A DNA stretch of 64,000 bases from Thermodesulfobacteriota bacterium. GTDB taxonomy: Bacteria; Desulfobacterota; Binatia; Bin18. Where the stretch lies: contig OZ219926.1 in the NCBI GenBank assembly GCA_964291405.2, positions 1,920,001 through 1,984,000 on the forward strand. Direction: 5' to 3'. Under the pieces are notes generated by a model, which saw nothing but the letters and a program-made list of their open reading frames with translations, was not told the DNA's origin and made no database searches. Positions 49,945-57,881 of the stretch are shown here, in pieces. Both the position numbers and the translations under genes were made by a program. Positions within the stretch are counted from its first letter, which is position 1. Each line of letters opens with the position of its first letter.

Positions 49945-50035
49945 TAAACTATCCCCATCAGACTGTTCGCCTAACATAGTGGTCTATCCATACTGGTCTT
50001 GAACCGCGAGGCGGGTATGAATGACCGAGAGCTGT

Positions 50036-50110
50036 TAGGGGGTGTCGTCAGTTAAGGAGGATCACCGAAGCGGCGAGGTAAATGGCGCCGAGGAAGCTGC
50101 TGGCGCGTTT
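50036..50110 (-). mobile_element. IS5-family remnant (transposase C-terminus plus terminal end)
   Basis: Minus strand reads KRASSFLGAIYLAASVILLN* followed by CGACACCCCCTA. Confidence 0.7.
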
Positions 50111-50299
50111 ACCCCACGCGAGGTTCGGAAGCAGGCGAACCTGACGCAAGCTCAGATGGCACCACTGATGGGCATGAGCCTGTCCGGCTACCGGAAATGG
50201 GAACAGGGGACACGGCGGGTCAGCGGCCCGGCCGCTACCCTGCTGCGTGTGCTCGAAAGGGAGCCGGAGGCGGTCAAGCGTGCATTGCTTGGCTCATAA
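50111..50299 (+). pseudogene. C-terminal (HTH) part of the HigA-like antitoxin
   Basis: VRKQANLTQAQMA..MGMS....RKWEQG.R.VSGPAATLL. Confidence 0.8.
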
Positions 50300-50384
50300 G
50301 GACGGCTGACCGGGACCATCTGATACAAAACCGGGATATAAATCCTCATTATGAGAAGAGGCCATAGTAGCTATTACAGCTCTC

Positions 50385-50636
50385 ATGAAAGAAATGGCTG
50401 CCAGGGACGCCAAGAACCGCTTTAGCTATTTGCTGGATGCCGTGCAGAGGGCGCCCGTGCGTGTGACCAGGAAAGGCAGAGCGGTCGGCGTGATGATGTC
50501 GGTGCAACACTATGAGCGCCTTCGCGGCGCTGCCTGGGAACGTCTGACGATGACGATGGACGCTTTGGGAGAGGAGGCATCCGCGAGCGGCTTGACGGAG
50601 GCCAAGCTCAAGGCGCTTCTCGCGGATAAGAACTGA
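50385..50636 (+). CDS. Phd/YefM antitoxin (orphan)
   Basis: AARDAKNRFSYLLDAVQRAPVRVTRKGR; no toxin follows. Confidence 0.85.
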   Translation: MKEMAARDAKNRFSYLLDAVQRAPVRVTRKGRAVGVMMSVQHYERLRGAAWERLTMTMDALGEEASASGLTEAKLKALLADKN

Positions 50637-50662
50637 GACTATCGTTCCCGACACCAATTAGT

Positions 50663-50693
50663 CCACAATACGTACCTCGTGCCCGCTGCATAC
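50663..50693 (-). repeat. Direct repeat copy (orphan 3' end of the EthD gene, VCSGHEVRIVD*)
   Basis: 30/31 identical to 51498-51528. Confidence 0.9.
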
Positions 50694-50761
50694 GCCTGTA
50701 AGGTCATTGTCCCACAAGGCACTACGGTCTATTGTAGCCGTAGTGGTTCACCTTGAGGGAT

Positions 50762-51007
50762 ATGATGCACGAGGTTCAATTACGCGACGCAAAGGCTAGA
50801 CTCTCAGCGCTGGTAGAAGGTGCGGCCCATGGAGAGACGACGATCATCACTCGCTACGGCAAACCTCGGGCCGTCATCCTTGGAATCGATGAGTGGAATC
50901 GTCTCTGCAAAGTGCCGTCCTTTGGCCGATTGCTGCTCTCTGCACCACTGGAGGACGGGGACCTGCCGCCGCGTGACATGAGCCCGTCACGGGACGCGGC
51001 ACTCTAG
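50762..51007 (+). CDS. Phd/YefM antitoxin
   Basis: LRDAKARLSALV..A..GE..IITRYGKP.AV; upstream inverted repeat CACTACGG/CCGTAGTG. Confidence 0.9.
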   Translation: MMHEVQLRDAKARLSALVEGAAHGETTIITRYGKPRAVILGIDEWNRLCKVPSFGRLLLSAPLEDGDLPPRDMSPSRDAAL

Positions 51008-51016
51008 GAACGATTC

Positions 51017-51457
51017 TTGTACCTGGTCGATACCAATGTACTGTCGGTTGGGGCTCCCGGCCGGGTGGGTCGGTCCACGACATTGATCGACTGGATGGAG
51101 ACGCATTCGAGCAGGCTTTTCCTGTCGGTCGTCACCGTGGCCGAGATTGCCGACGGGGTGGCCAAGCTGAAACGGACCAGGTCCGCCGCCAGGGCTGCTG
51201 CCATTGAGGACTGGCTCCAACTTGTGCTCCGTCTCTATGGCAGTCGCGTGCTGGCATTTGATGCTGCCGCAGCCCGGCTGGCGGGGGAACTGACAGATAA
51301 GGCGCGAGCGGCGGGTCATGCTCCTGGCTTTGCCGATATCGCCATCGCGGCTACAGCCGAAAGCCATGGCCTGACGATCCTGACGCGCAACCTGCGCCAC
51401 TTTATGCCGCTCGGCGTCCCGGCAACCGATCCCTTTGCTGGATTACCCCGCTCCTGA
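51017..51457 (+). CDS. VapC/PIN toxin
   Basis: YLVDTNVLS, SVVTVAEI, DIAIAATA, LTRNLRHF. Confidence 0.92.
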   Translation: MYLVDTNVLSVGAPGRVGRSTTLIDWMETHSSRLFLSVVTVAEIADGVAKLKRTRSAARAAAIEDWLQLVLRLYGSRVLAFDAAAARLAGELTDKARAAGHAPGFADIAIAATAESHGLTILTRNLRHFMPLGVPATDPFAGLPRS

Positions 51458-51492
51458 CAACAAGCAGGACCATCTCATATTACTGAGGGCCA

Positions 51493-52161
51493 TCAGCCCA
51501 CAATACGCACCTCGTGCCCGCTGCATACCAGCATGGGCTCGACCAGCTCGCCGAAACCGTCCGGCTCATAGCCCTGGATGTCGGCGAAGGTGGCGTTGGG
51601 GTGATCGATGCAGATTTGCGCCACACCGTCGTAGGCGCGCTCTCGCTTAGCATCGTCCAGGGCAACCAGGTCCACGGAATAACGCACCGCGTCCGGCGTA
51701 TTATTGATGGCCGCGACAACGTTCGGCACATGGACGTTCAGCCAGTAGTCGTCCAGATGGGCGCGCTCAATGCCCTGGCGTCGCTTGATAAAGAAGACGA
51801 GCTTGGTGGTGTCGCGGGTCGTCGGCCCGTCAACGTTGAGATGCTCGGTCACAAACAGATTGCAGCCCGGCTGTATGGTGGCATAGGTGCTGAATTTGTC
51901 GGCGTCGATATTGGGTGGGGCCTGCTGGCCGATCGTAGTCTCAAAATGTTCCCTGTCCCGGAACCACAACTCGGCCATACCGTCCGGCGGACGGCTGTCC
52001 GCATCGGCACCGTCCGAGGGCGGATCAAAGAAGGTGATGCGATAGCGTTCCGGCTTGACCAGCGAAACAACGTGCGGGGCGTGCACATGCTCCCAGACGT
52101 GCACCAACTCGTCATGCGAAACATGCTCCAGACGCCGAACAGCGCCCATAAACTTTAACAT
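51493..52161 (-). CDS. EthD domain-containing protein (two domains)
   Basis: W..VHAP, DGMAELWF; second copy YWLNVHVP, YDGVAQ. Confidence 0.8.
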   Translation of the reverse strand: MLKFMGAVRRLEHVSHDELVHVWEHVHAPHVVSLVKPERYRITFFDPPSDGADADSRPPDGMAELWFRDREHFETTIGQQAPPNIDADKFSTYATIQPGCNLFVTEHLNVDGPTTRDTTKLVFFIKRRQGIERAHLDDYWLNVHVPNVVAAINNTPDAVRYSVDLVALDDAKRERAYDGVAQICIDHPNATFADIQGYEPDGFGELVEPMLVCSGHEVRIVG

Positions 52162-52171
52162 GGGTTCCTCC

Positions 52172-53026
52172 TTAGAAGCGTGCCTGGGGTACGGGCAGCC
52201 CAGGGATATCCGAACGCGTCCGAAAGACGCTGCCCTTGAGCTCGCGTTGATCGTTGTTGGCGGTGACCACGTACAGGTCCGACATGTCGGGCCCGCCAAA
52301 GGCCACGCTGGTGACCGTTTTGGCCGGCACCTTAATGCGTTGATCGACCGTGCCGTCCGGCTTGAAGCGTACGATTTCACCCCGCCCGGCCACCGTGGCG
52401 ACCCACACTCCGCCTTCGACATCAACGGTCATGCCGTCGGGCATGCCCTCGGGGAGCTGCGCGAACAGTTGGCGGTCACTGACCGTGCGGTCGGCCCGCA
52501 CCTCATAGGCCCAGACGGCCTTGGTGGTGGAATCACAGTGGTAGAGCAGCTTGCGGTCCGGACTGAAGCCCAGGCCGTTGGTCACCTCGACCCCCTCCCA
52601 GAGGTGCGTCACCTGGCCCGGCGGGTCAATGCGGAAGAGCGAGCCCGGTGGCGGCGTACTCTTGAAATCAAAGGTATGAATATCGCAGCCAAACGAACCG
52701 ACCCAGATACTGCCCTGGTCATCCATGGTGAGGTCGTTCAGGCCGAACAGCGGCTTTCCCTGCCATTCGGCAAAGATATCCCGCAGCGCGCCGGACTGCT
52801 CATCCCAGTGCGCCAGAGACAGACCCGTCACCAGGATGCCGCCGCCCGCGTTCAAGGCGATGCCGCCAACAAACTTCCGATCCGCTATTAAGGTTTCAAT
52901 CTCGCCGTTGGGGCTGCGCCGGAAGACACCGCCGCCGCGCACATCGCTGTAATAGAGCCGATTCTGCTCATCGGTCCGTGGCCCCTCAACGAGTCCGTAG
53001 CCGCTGGCCAAGGTTTCGAATTCCAT
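52172..53026 (-). CDS. SMP-30/gluconolactonase family protein
   Basis: EGP, NGLGFSPD, PDGMTVD, TSVAFGG. Confidence 0.92.
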   Translation of the reverse strand: MEFETLASGYGLVEGPRTDEQNRLYYSDVRGGGVFRRSPNGEIETLIADRKFVGGIALNAGGGILVTGLSLAHWDEQSGALRDIFAEWQGKPLFGLNDLTMDDQGSIWVGSFGCDIHTFDFKSTPPPGSLFRIDPPGQVTHLWEGVEVTNGLGFSPDRKLLYHCDSTTKAVWAYEVRADRTVSDRQLFAQLPEGMPDGMTVDVEGGVWVATVAGRGEIVRFKPDGTVDQRIKVPAKTVTSVAFGGPDMSDLYVVTANNDQRELKGSVFRTRSDIPGLPVPQARF

Positions 53027-53183
53027 ACGCTCCCTCCTTGTGTGTGGCCGCCCTCGTGAACAGCCGCCTGATGGGGCGAGGGTAATAGCTCCGAGGACGG
53101 AAGACAATGGGCGGGCGGCCACAGACAAAGCCGCCGACTTTGTATAAGGTGCGCCTCTACATCTGTCATCACGACACTATCCG

Positions 53184-54506
53184 ATGCGGCAAAAAGAATT
53201 TCCCTTTTATTATGGTTGGGCGGTGGTGGCCGTGGCCTTTATTACGCTGGCCATTGGCGTGAACACGCGCACGACCTTTTCCTTGTTGTTTCCGCCCATT
53301 CTGGAGGAATTCGGTTGGGACCGGGGCAGTACGGCCGCGGCCTTTTCTTGCGGTTTTCTGGCGGCAACCGTGTACGCTCCCATGGTCGGTATGCTCATGG
53401 ATCGCTGGGGACCGCGCCTGGTTATCCCGCTGGGTGCGGTGCTGGTCAGCAGCGGCATGGTGGCGATTACCCTGGTTTCTCAGCCGTGGCACCTGTATCT
53501 CACCTTCGGCATCCTGGTTGGTGGCGCGAGTACCTCCATCAGCTATCTCGGTCACTCCCTGTTTTTACCCTACTGGTTTGTACGGCGCCGTGGCCTGGCC
53601 CTGGGGATTGCCTTTTCCGGGGTGGGTGTCGGTTCCATTCTGCTCTTTCCGTGGATCCAAAGCATTATTGACCAGGCCGGCTGGCGTGAGGCGTGTTGGG
53701 TGGTGGCTGGGACCCTGATAGTGATCGTGTTTCCGTTGAACGTGATCCTGCAACGCCGGCGGCCCGAGGACCTCGGCTTGGCACCCGACGGAGACCACGC
53801 CCCGCACGCTGCTCACGGTGCGCAGCGCCCGGCTGACAATATCGTGGACCACGCCTGGGCCGCAACGGATTGGACCCTGGCCCGCGCCATACGCACCTCC
53901 CGTTTCTGGTGGCTGGGCGCCGCTTTCTTCAGCAGTCTGTACGCCTGGTACGCCATCCAGGTGCATCAAACCAAATACCTGACCGATAGCGGCTTTTCAT
54001 CCGAGGCGGCGGCCTTTGCCCTGGGCTTGGTTGGACTGACCTCCTGTGGCGGTCAGATTGGGCTGGGCCTGCTCTCCGACCGAATCGGACGTGAATGGGT
54101 CTGGACTATCAGCATGATGGGTTTTGTCCTGTGCTACGTCATCCTGCTCGGCATGCCTGAGCAGCCCAGTCTGGTGCTGTTATACGCCATGGTCGCGGCC
54201 CAGGGCGTATTGGGCTACGGGACTGTCTCGGTGTTCGGAGCCATCCCAGCCGAGATTTTTCAGGGCAAACAGTACGGCCGCATCTACGGCACGCTGACCA
54301 TTGCCGGCAGTCTGGGCGGCGGGACCGGGCCCTGGGTGACCGGTCTGCTCTTTGACCGCACCGGGAGTTATACGGTTGCCTTCTGGATTGCGCTGGCGTT
54401 TGCCTTTATCTCCATTGGCAGCATGTGGATGGCCGGTCCGCGCAAGGTGCGTGTGGTGGCCGGTCAGGTGAAGCATCTGGCCGCGCGGCGGGCTCTGGCG
54501 GAATAG
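53184..54506 (+). CDS. MFS transporter (OFA-like)
   Basis: About 12 hydrophobic segments, DRWGPR, SDRIGR. Confidence 0.92.
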   Translation: MRQKEFPFYYGWAVVAVAFITLAIGVNTRTTFSLLFPPILEEFGWDRGSTAAAFSCGFLAATVYAPMVGMLMDRWGPRLVIPLGAVLVSSGMVAITLVSQPWHLYLTFGILVGGASTSISYLGHSLFLPYWFVRRRGLALGIAFSGVGVGSILLFPWIQSIIDQAGWREACWVVAGTLIVIVFPLNVILQRRRPEDLGLAPDGDHAPHAAHGAQRPADNIVDHAWAATDWTLARAIRTSRFWWLGAAFFSSLYAWYAIQVHQTKYLTDSGFSSEAAAFALGLVGLTSCGGQIGLGLLSDRIGREWVWTISMMGFVLCYVILLGMPEQPSLVLLYAMVAAQGVLGYGTVSVFGAIPAEIFQGKQYGRIYGTLTIAGSLGGGTGPWVTGLLFDRTGSYTVAFWIALAFAFISIGSMWMAGPRKVRVVAGQVKHLAARRALAE

Positions 54507-54567
54507 AAAAAGCTGGTCCTGGGAGAAACCCGCTCTCCCGAGTTTACCTTGATTCTCCAGATACAAT

Positions 54568-54582
54568 ATGTACAGTGTACAT
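54568..54582 (+). promoter_or_regulatory. Palindromic operator upstream of brnT
   Basis: ATGTACA-G-TGTACAT immediately before the ATG. Confidence 0.6.
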
Positions 54583-54876
54583 ATGGATGAGTTGCGGTTT
54601 GAGTGGGATGGGCGGAAAAACAAGGGAAACATCAGAAAGCATGGGGTCGCCTTTGAGGAAGCCCGAACGGCTTTCTTCGATGAGAACGCGATCCAGTTTT
54701 TTGATCCGGATCATTCCGAAGAGGAAGATCGTTTTATCCTGCTTGGGATGAGCTTCAAGCTGCGGGTTCTCGTTGTCTGCCATTGTTTCCTCGAAAGTGA
54801 GACGACGATACGCATCATCTCTGCAAGAAAGGCTGACAGAGCTGAGGAGCAGGATTACTGGAGGCGACAGACATGA
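54583..54876 (+). CDS. BrnT family toxin
   Basis: FEWD..KN..N.RKHGVAFEEA, HSEEEDRF, RIISARKA. Confidence 0.93.
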   Translation: MDELRFEWDGRKNKGNIRKHGVAFEEARTAFFDENAIQFFDPDHSEEEDRFILLGMSFKLRVLVVCHCFLESETTIRIISARKADRAEEQDYWRRQT

Positions 54877-55091
54877 GAGACCATTATGACTTCTCAAAAA
54901 TGAAGGGGCGGAAAAACCCGTACCTCAAGCATCTCAAACAGCCAGTGACCATGCGACTGGACCGGGACACGATTGCCTACTTTAAGTCTCTGGCCGAGGA
55001 AGTAGGCATTCCATATCAAAGCCTCATTAATTTGTACCTGCGTGACTGTGCCATGAATGAACGCAAACTCCGCATGAAGTGGGCCCCGTAG
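54873..55091 (+). CDS. BrnA antitoxin
   Basis: YDFSKMKGRKNPY, VTMRLD, PYQSLINLYLRDC. Confidence 0.92.
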   Translation: MRDHYDFSKMKGRKNPYLKHLKQPVTMRLDRDTIAYFKSLAEEVGIPYQSLINLYLRDCAMNERKLRMKWAP

Positions 55092-55169
55092 GTCTTCGCC
55101 TTTCCGACCTTGACTGCCCAAATGATATGTGAGGGCGTGGACCGTCGATCGGGGGAGCGAGAGTGTACC

Positions 55170-55967
55170 TCACCGGCTCAACGCACCGCCGTTATTTTGA
55201 ATCGTAAAGCCGCCGTCAACAACCAGCGTGGCTCCGTTGATGTATGACGCGGCCGGCAGGACGAGGCTCAGGGTTGCGTGGGCGACTTCTTCCGGGTCGC
55301 CGTAACGCCTGAGCGGCACGCGCCGGCGGGCAAAGATGTCTTTTGCCTTGTCCGGGATGGCGGCGGTCAGGCCGGTATGAATCGCGCCCGGACAAATGCA
55401 GTTGACGGTGACACCCTGGGTCGCCAGTTCCACCGCCAGCGCCCTGGTGAGGCCCATAACGCCATGCTTCGCCGCAGTATAGGGGCTGGCAAAGGCGCTG
55501 CCGCCGACCGCTTCGGTCGAAGCGATATTCACGATCCGGCCGGCCCCGCTTTTCGTGAGATGCGGCAGGGCGGCGCGAATGAGACGCTGGTGGGCCGTCA
55601 GATTCACACTGAAACAGCGCTCCCAGACCTCTTCGTATCGGCTGCTCTGAATACGGGCGGAGGCATCGATACCGGCATTATTGACCAGAATGTCGAGCCC
55701 GCCGAAATGTTCGACGATCCGGGTCAGCGTCGGTTCGATCTCCGCAGCGTTGGCGAGGTCCAGGGTCCACCCCATGGCCGTTCCACCGGCTTGGGCAATC
55801 TCCTCGACGACTCGGGCAACGCCTTCCGTGTTTCTGTCCAAAACGGCAACCTGAGCCTCTTCGTCTGCAAAGAGATGGGCGGTTGCCCGTCCCATGCCGC
55901 TGGCGGCCCCGGTCACCAGCGCAATTTTTCCTTTGATTGAGCGACTCAGCTTACTCAGGCGTGGCAT
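55170..55967 (-). CDS. Short-chain dehydrogenase/reductase
   Basis: TGAASGMG, NNAG, YTAAK. Confidence 0.93.
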   Translation of the reverse strand: MPRLSKLSRSIKGKIALVTGAASGMGRATAHLFADEEAQVAVLDRNTEGVARVVEEIAQAGGTAMGWTLDLANAAEIEPTLTRIVEHFGGLDILVNNAGIDASARIQSSRYEEVWERCFSVNLTAHQRLIRAALPHLTKSGAGRIVNIASTEAVGGSAFASPYTAAKHGVMGLTRALAVELATQGVTVNCICPGAIHTGLTAAIPDKAKDIFARRRVPLRRYGDPEEVAHATLSLVLPAASYINGATLVVDGGFTIQNNGGALSR

Positions 55968-56130
55968 GTTTTGTGGCTCCTTTTGTCCCTCTCATCCATC
56001 CCGTCCATACTTATCTGTGGCCGGATCGATACAAAAGGCTCCAGCGGCGTCGGATTCCGTCGCGCACGCCCCTTTCTTGTCTTGCTCTTCGGTCTCATCC
56101 CGAGTACACATGCCAGCGAGGAGGGGAGTG

Positions 56131-57132
56131 ATGAAATATCGAGCCATGGCATTGCCGGTAAGCATGATCCTCGTGACTACTCTCATGCTGGAACGTCCAA
56201 GCGTCGCTCGTGCGGCAGACCCCCTCCCCCAGCTCACGGCGGCGACGCTGGAGCAGTGGATGGCCAGCCTCTCGAATTGGGGACGCTGGGGAGAGGACGA
56301 TCAGCTCGGCACGCTCAATCTGATTACCTCCAAGAAACGGCGTCAGGCCGCCACGCTGGTGACCGAGGGCGTCTCGGTTTCTCTGGCCTTTGACCTGGCG
56401 AAAGAGGCCGGCACCAATAATGAGTTCCCGCTTGAGCATAGCCTCCTGGTGCATGATGACGACGGCAACGTCTTTGCCGAGGATATCTATACGATCCGGT
56501 ATCACGGCTTTGCCCATTCGCATGTGGATGCGCTGTGTCATATTTTCCATCAGGGCAAGATGTACAATGGCTTCCCGCGTTCGGCGGTCAAACCTTCGGG
56601 CTCGGAGCAACTCGGCGTACAGACCATGCACCAAGGGATTTTCACCCGCGGTATCCTGGTGGATATCCCCTGGTTAAAGGATGTGCCTTATCTCGAACCG
56701 AGTACCGCGGTCCGCGTCGAAGACCTGGAAGCCTGGGAGCAAAAGACCGGCATACAGATCGAGAGCGGCGATGTACTGCTGGTGCGTACCGGACTGTACA
56801 AACGATACCGGGAGGTCGGCTCCTGGGACCTCACCCAGGGGGCTGCAGGCCTGCACGTTGCGGTCGTCCCCTGGCTCAAGGCGCGCGACGTGGCAACGGT
56901 TGGCTCCGACGGCACGAATGAAGTCTTCCCGTCCGAGATTGAGGGTATGCCGTTTCCTATTCATCGCCTGGCCGTGGTCGCCCTGGGCATGCCGCTGTTG
57001 GATAACCTGAACCTCGAAGACCTGGCCCGCGAAGCGCAGGCACGCCAGCGCTGGACCTTTCTCTTTGTGGCCGCGCCCCTGCGGGTCCCTGGCGGAACGG
57101 GCTCGCCGCTCAACCCGCTAGCCCTGTTTTAA
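56131..57132 (+). CDS. Cyclase (kynurenine formamidase-like) family protein
   Basis: NWGRWG.DDQLGTLN, HG..HSHVDALCH, GTGSPLNP. Confidence 0.9.
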   Translation: MKYRAMALPVSMILVTTLMLERPSVARAADPLPQLTAATLEQWMASLSNWGRWGEDDQLGTLNLITSKKRRQAATLVTEGVSVSLAFDLAKEAGTNNEFPLEHSLLVHDDDGNVFAEDIYTIRYHGFAHSHVDALCHIFHQGKMYNGFPRSAVKPSGSEQLGVQTMHQGIFTRGILVDIPWLKDVPYLEPSTAVRVEDLEAWEQKTGIQIESGDVLLVRTGLYKRYREVGSWDLTQGAAGLHVAVVPWLKARDVATVGSDGTNEVFPSEIEGMPFPIHRLAVVALGMPLLDNLNLEDLAREAQARQRWTFLFVAAPLRVPGGTGSPLNPLALF

Positions 57133-57178
57133 GATAAGGATGTTTTAGGCTGATGATGCAAGGCCGCGGAGGTTCATT

Positions 57179-57856
57179 GTGTTGAGCGTCGAAACAATAC
57201 GGAACGCCCTGAAGAGGGAACGTGTCCTTCAAATCTCCTCTGAGAAAGTTGGACACGTTTCCCCTTTGGCCGCTCGTCAGCCTACGCCCGGTCGTCTCAA
57301 TGCTGATCGCAGTTGTGCCGCGGTAGCCCTGATACTCGCGGGGCCGGAGGACAATCCCGAGCTGTGCGTGATCCGGCGAGCCGAAAAATCGGGCGATCCC
57401 TGGTCGAGCCATATGGCCCTTCCGGGTGGACGCTATTCTCCCGAGGATGCCGACCTTCGCGTCACGGCCGAGCGTGAAACGCGCGAAGAAGTTGGCCTGC
57501 ACCTGGACCCGGCCCACCGTCTGGGGTCGCTTGCCCCCCTCTCCATCTGGCTGAGCGGACGGGAACAGCCCCTGGCCCTGTTTCCTGCGGTCTATTATCT
57601 GGGACCAACCATTCCGACATTGACGCTGAATCATGAGGTCGCCGCGGCCTACTGGATGCCGCTGTCGCATCCCTGGGAGGCCGAGAACGCCACTCACCTC
57701 AAGCTGTCTGCGGACGGCAAGACGCTCTACTATCCGGCGATTCGTCTTCAGGACCAAGTGATTTGGGGTATCACCCTACGCGTCCTGACCCTGTTCTCCG
57801 ACGTGCTGGGCCGCCCCTTGCCGCATTTGGAAGAAATTCCGGGACTCGGGCACTAG
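57179..57856 (+). CDS. Nudix hydrolase (CoA pyrophosphatase-like)
   Basis: LPGG......D...TAERETREEVG, IWGIT. Confidence 0.88.
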   Translation: MLSVETIRNALKRERVLQISSEKVGHVSPLAARQPTPGRLNADRSCAAVALILAGPEDNPELCVIRRAEKSGDPWSSHMALPGGRYSPEDADLRVTAERETREEVGLHLDPAHRLGSLAPLSIWLSGREQPLALFPAVYYLGPTIPTLTLNHEVAAAYWMPLSHPWEAENATHLKLSADGKTLYYPAIRLQDQVIWGITLRVLTLFSDVLGRPLPHLEEIPGLGH

Positions 57857-57881
57857 CCCGTCCATGTCAAAGGAGGGAAGC

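Larger units (their letters stand above)
45595..50142. mobile_element. ~4.5-kb island bounded by 32-bp imperfect direct repeats inside the higA-like gene
   Basis: 45595-45626 versus 50111-50142, 29/32 identical; no integrase visible. Confidence 0.7.

Noticed and set aside
49655-50035. Self-target of the NN code in the operon's own promoter or leader
   Set aside because: A spot check by eye of gapped patterns found no convincing match; a computational search is needed
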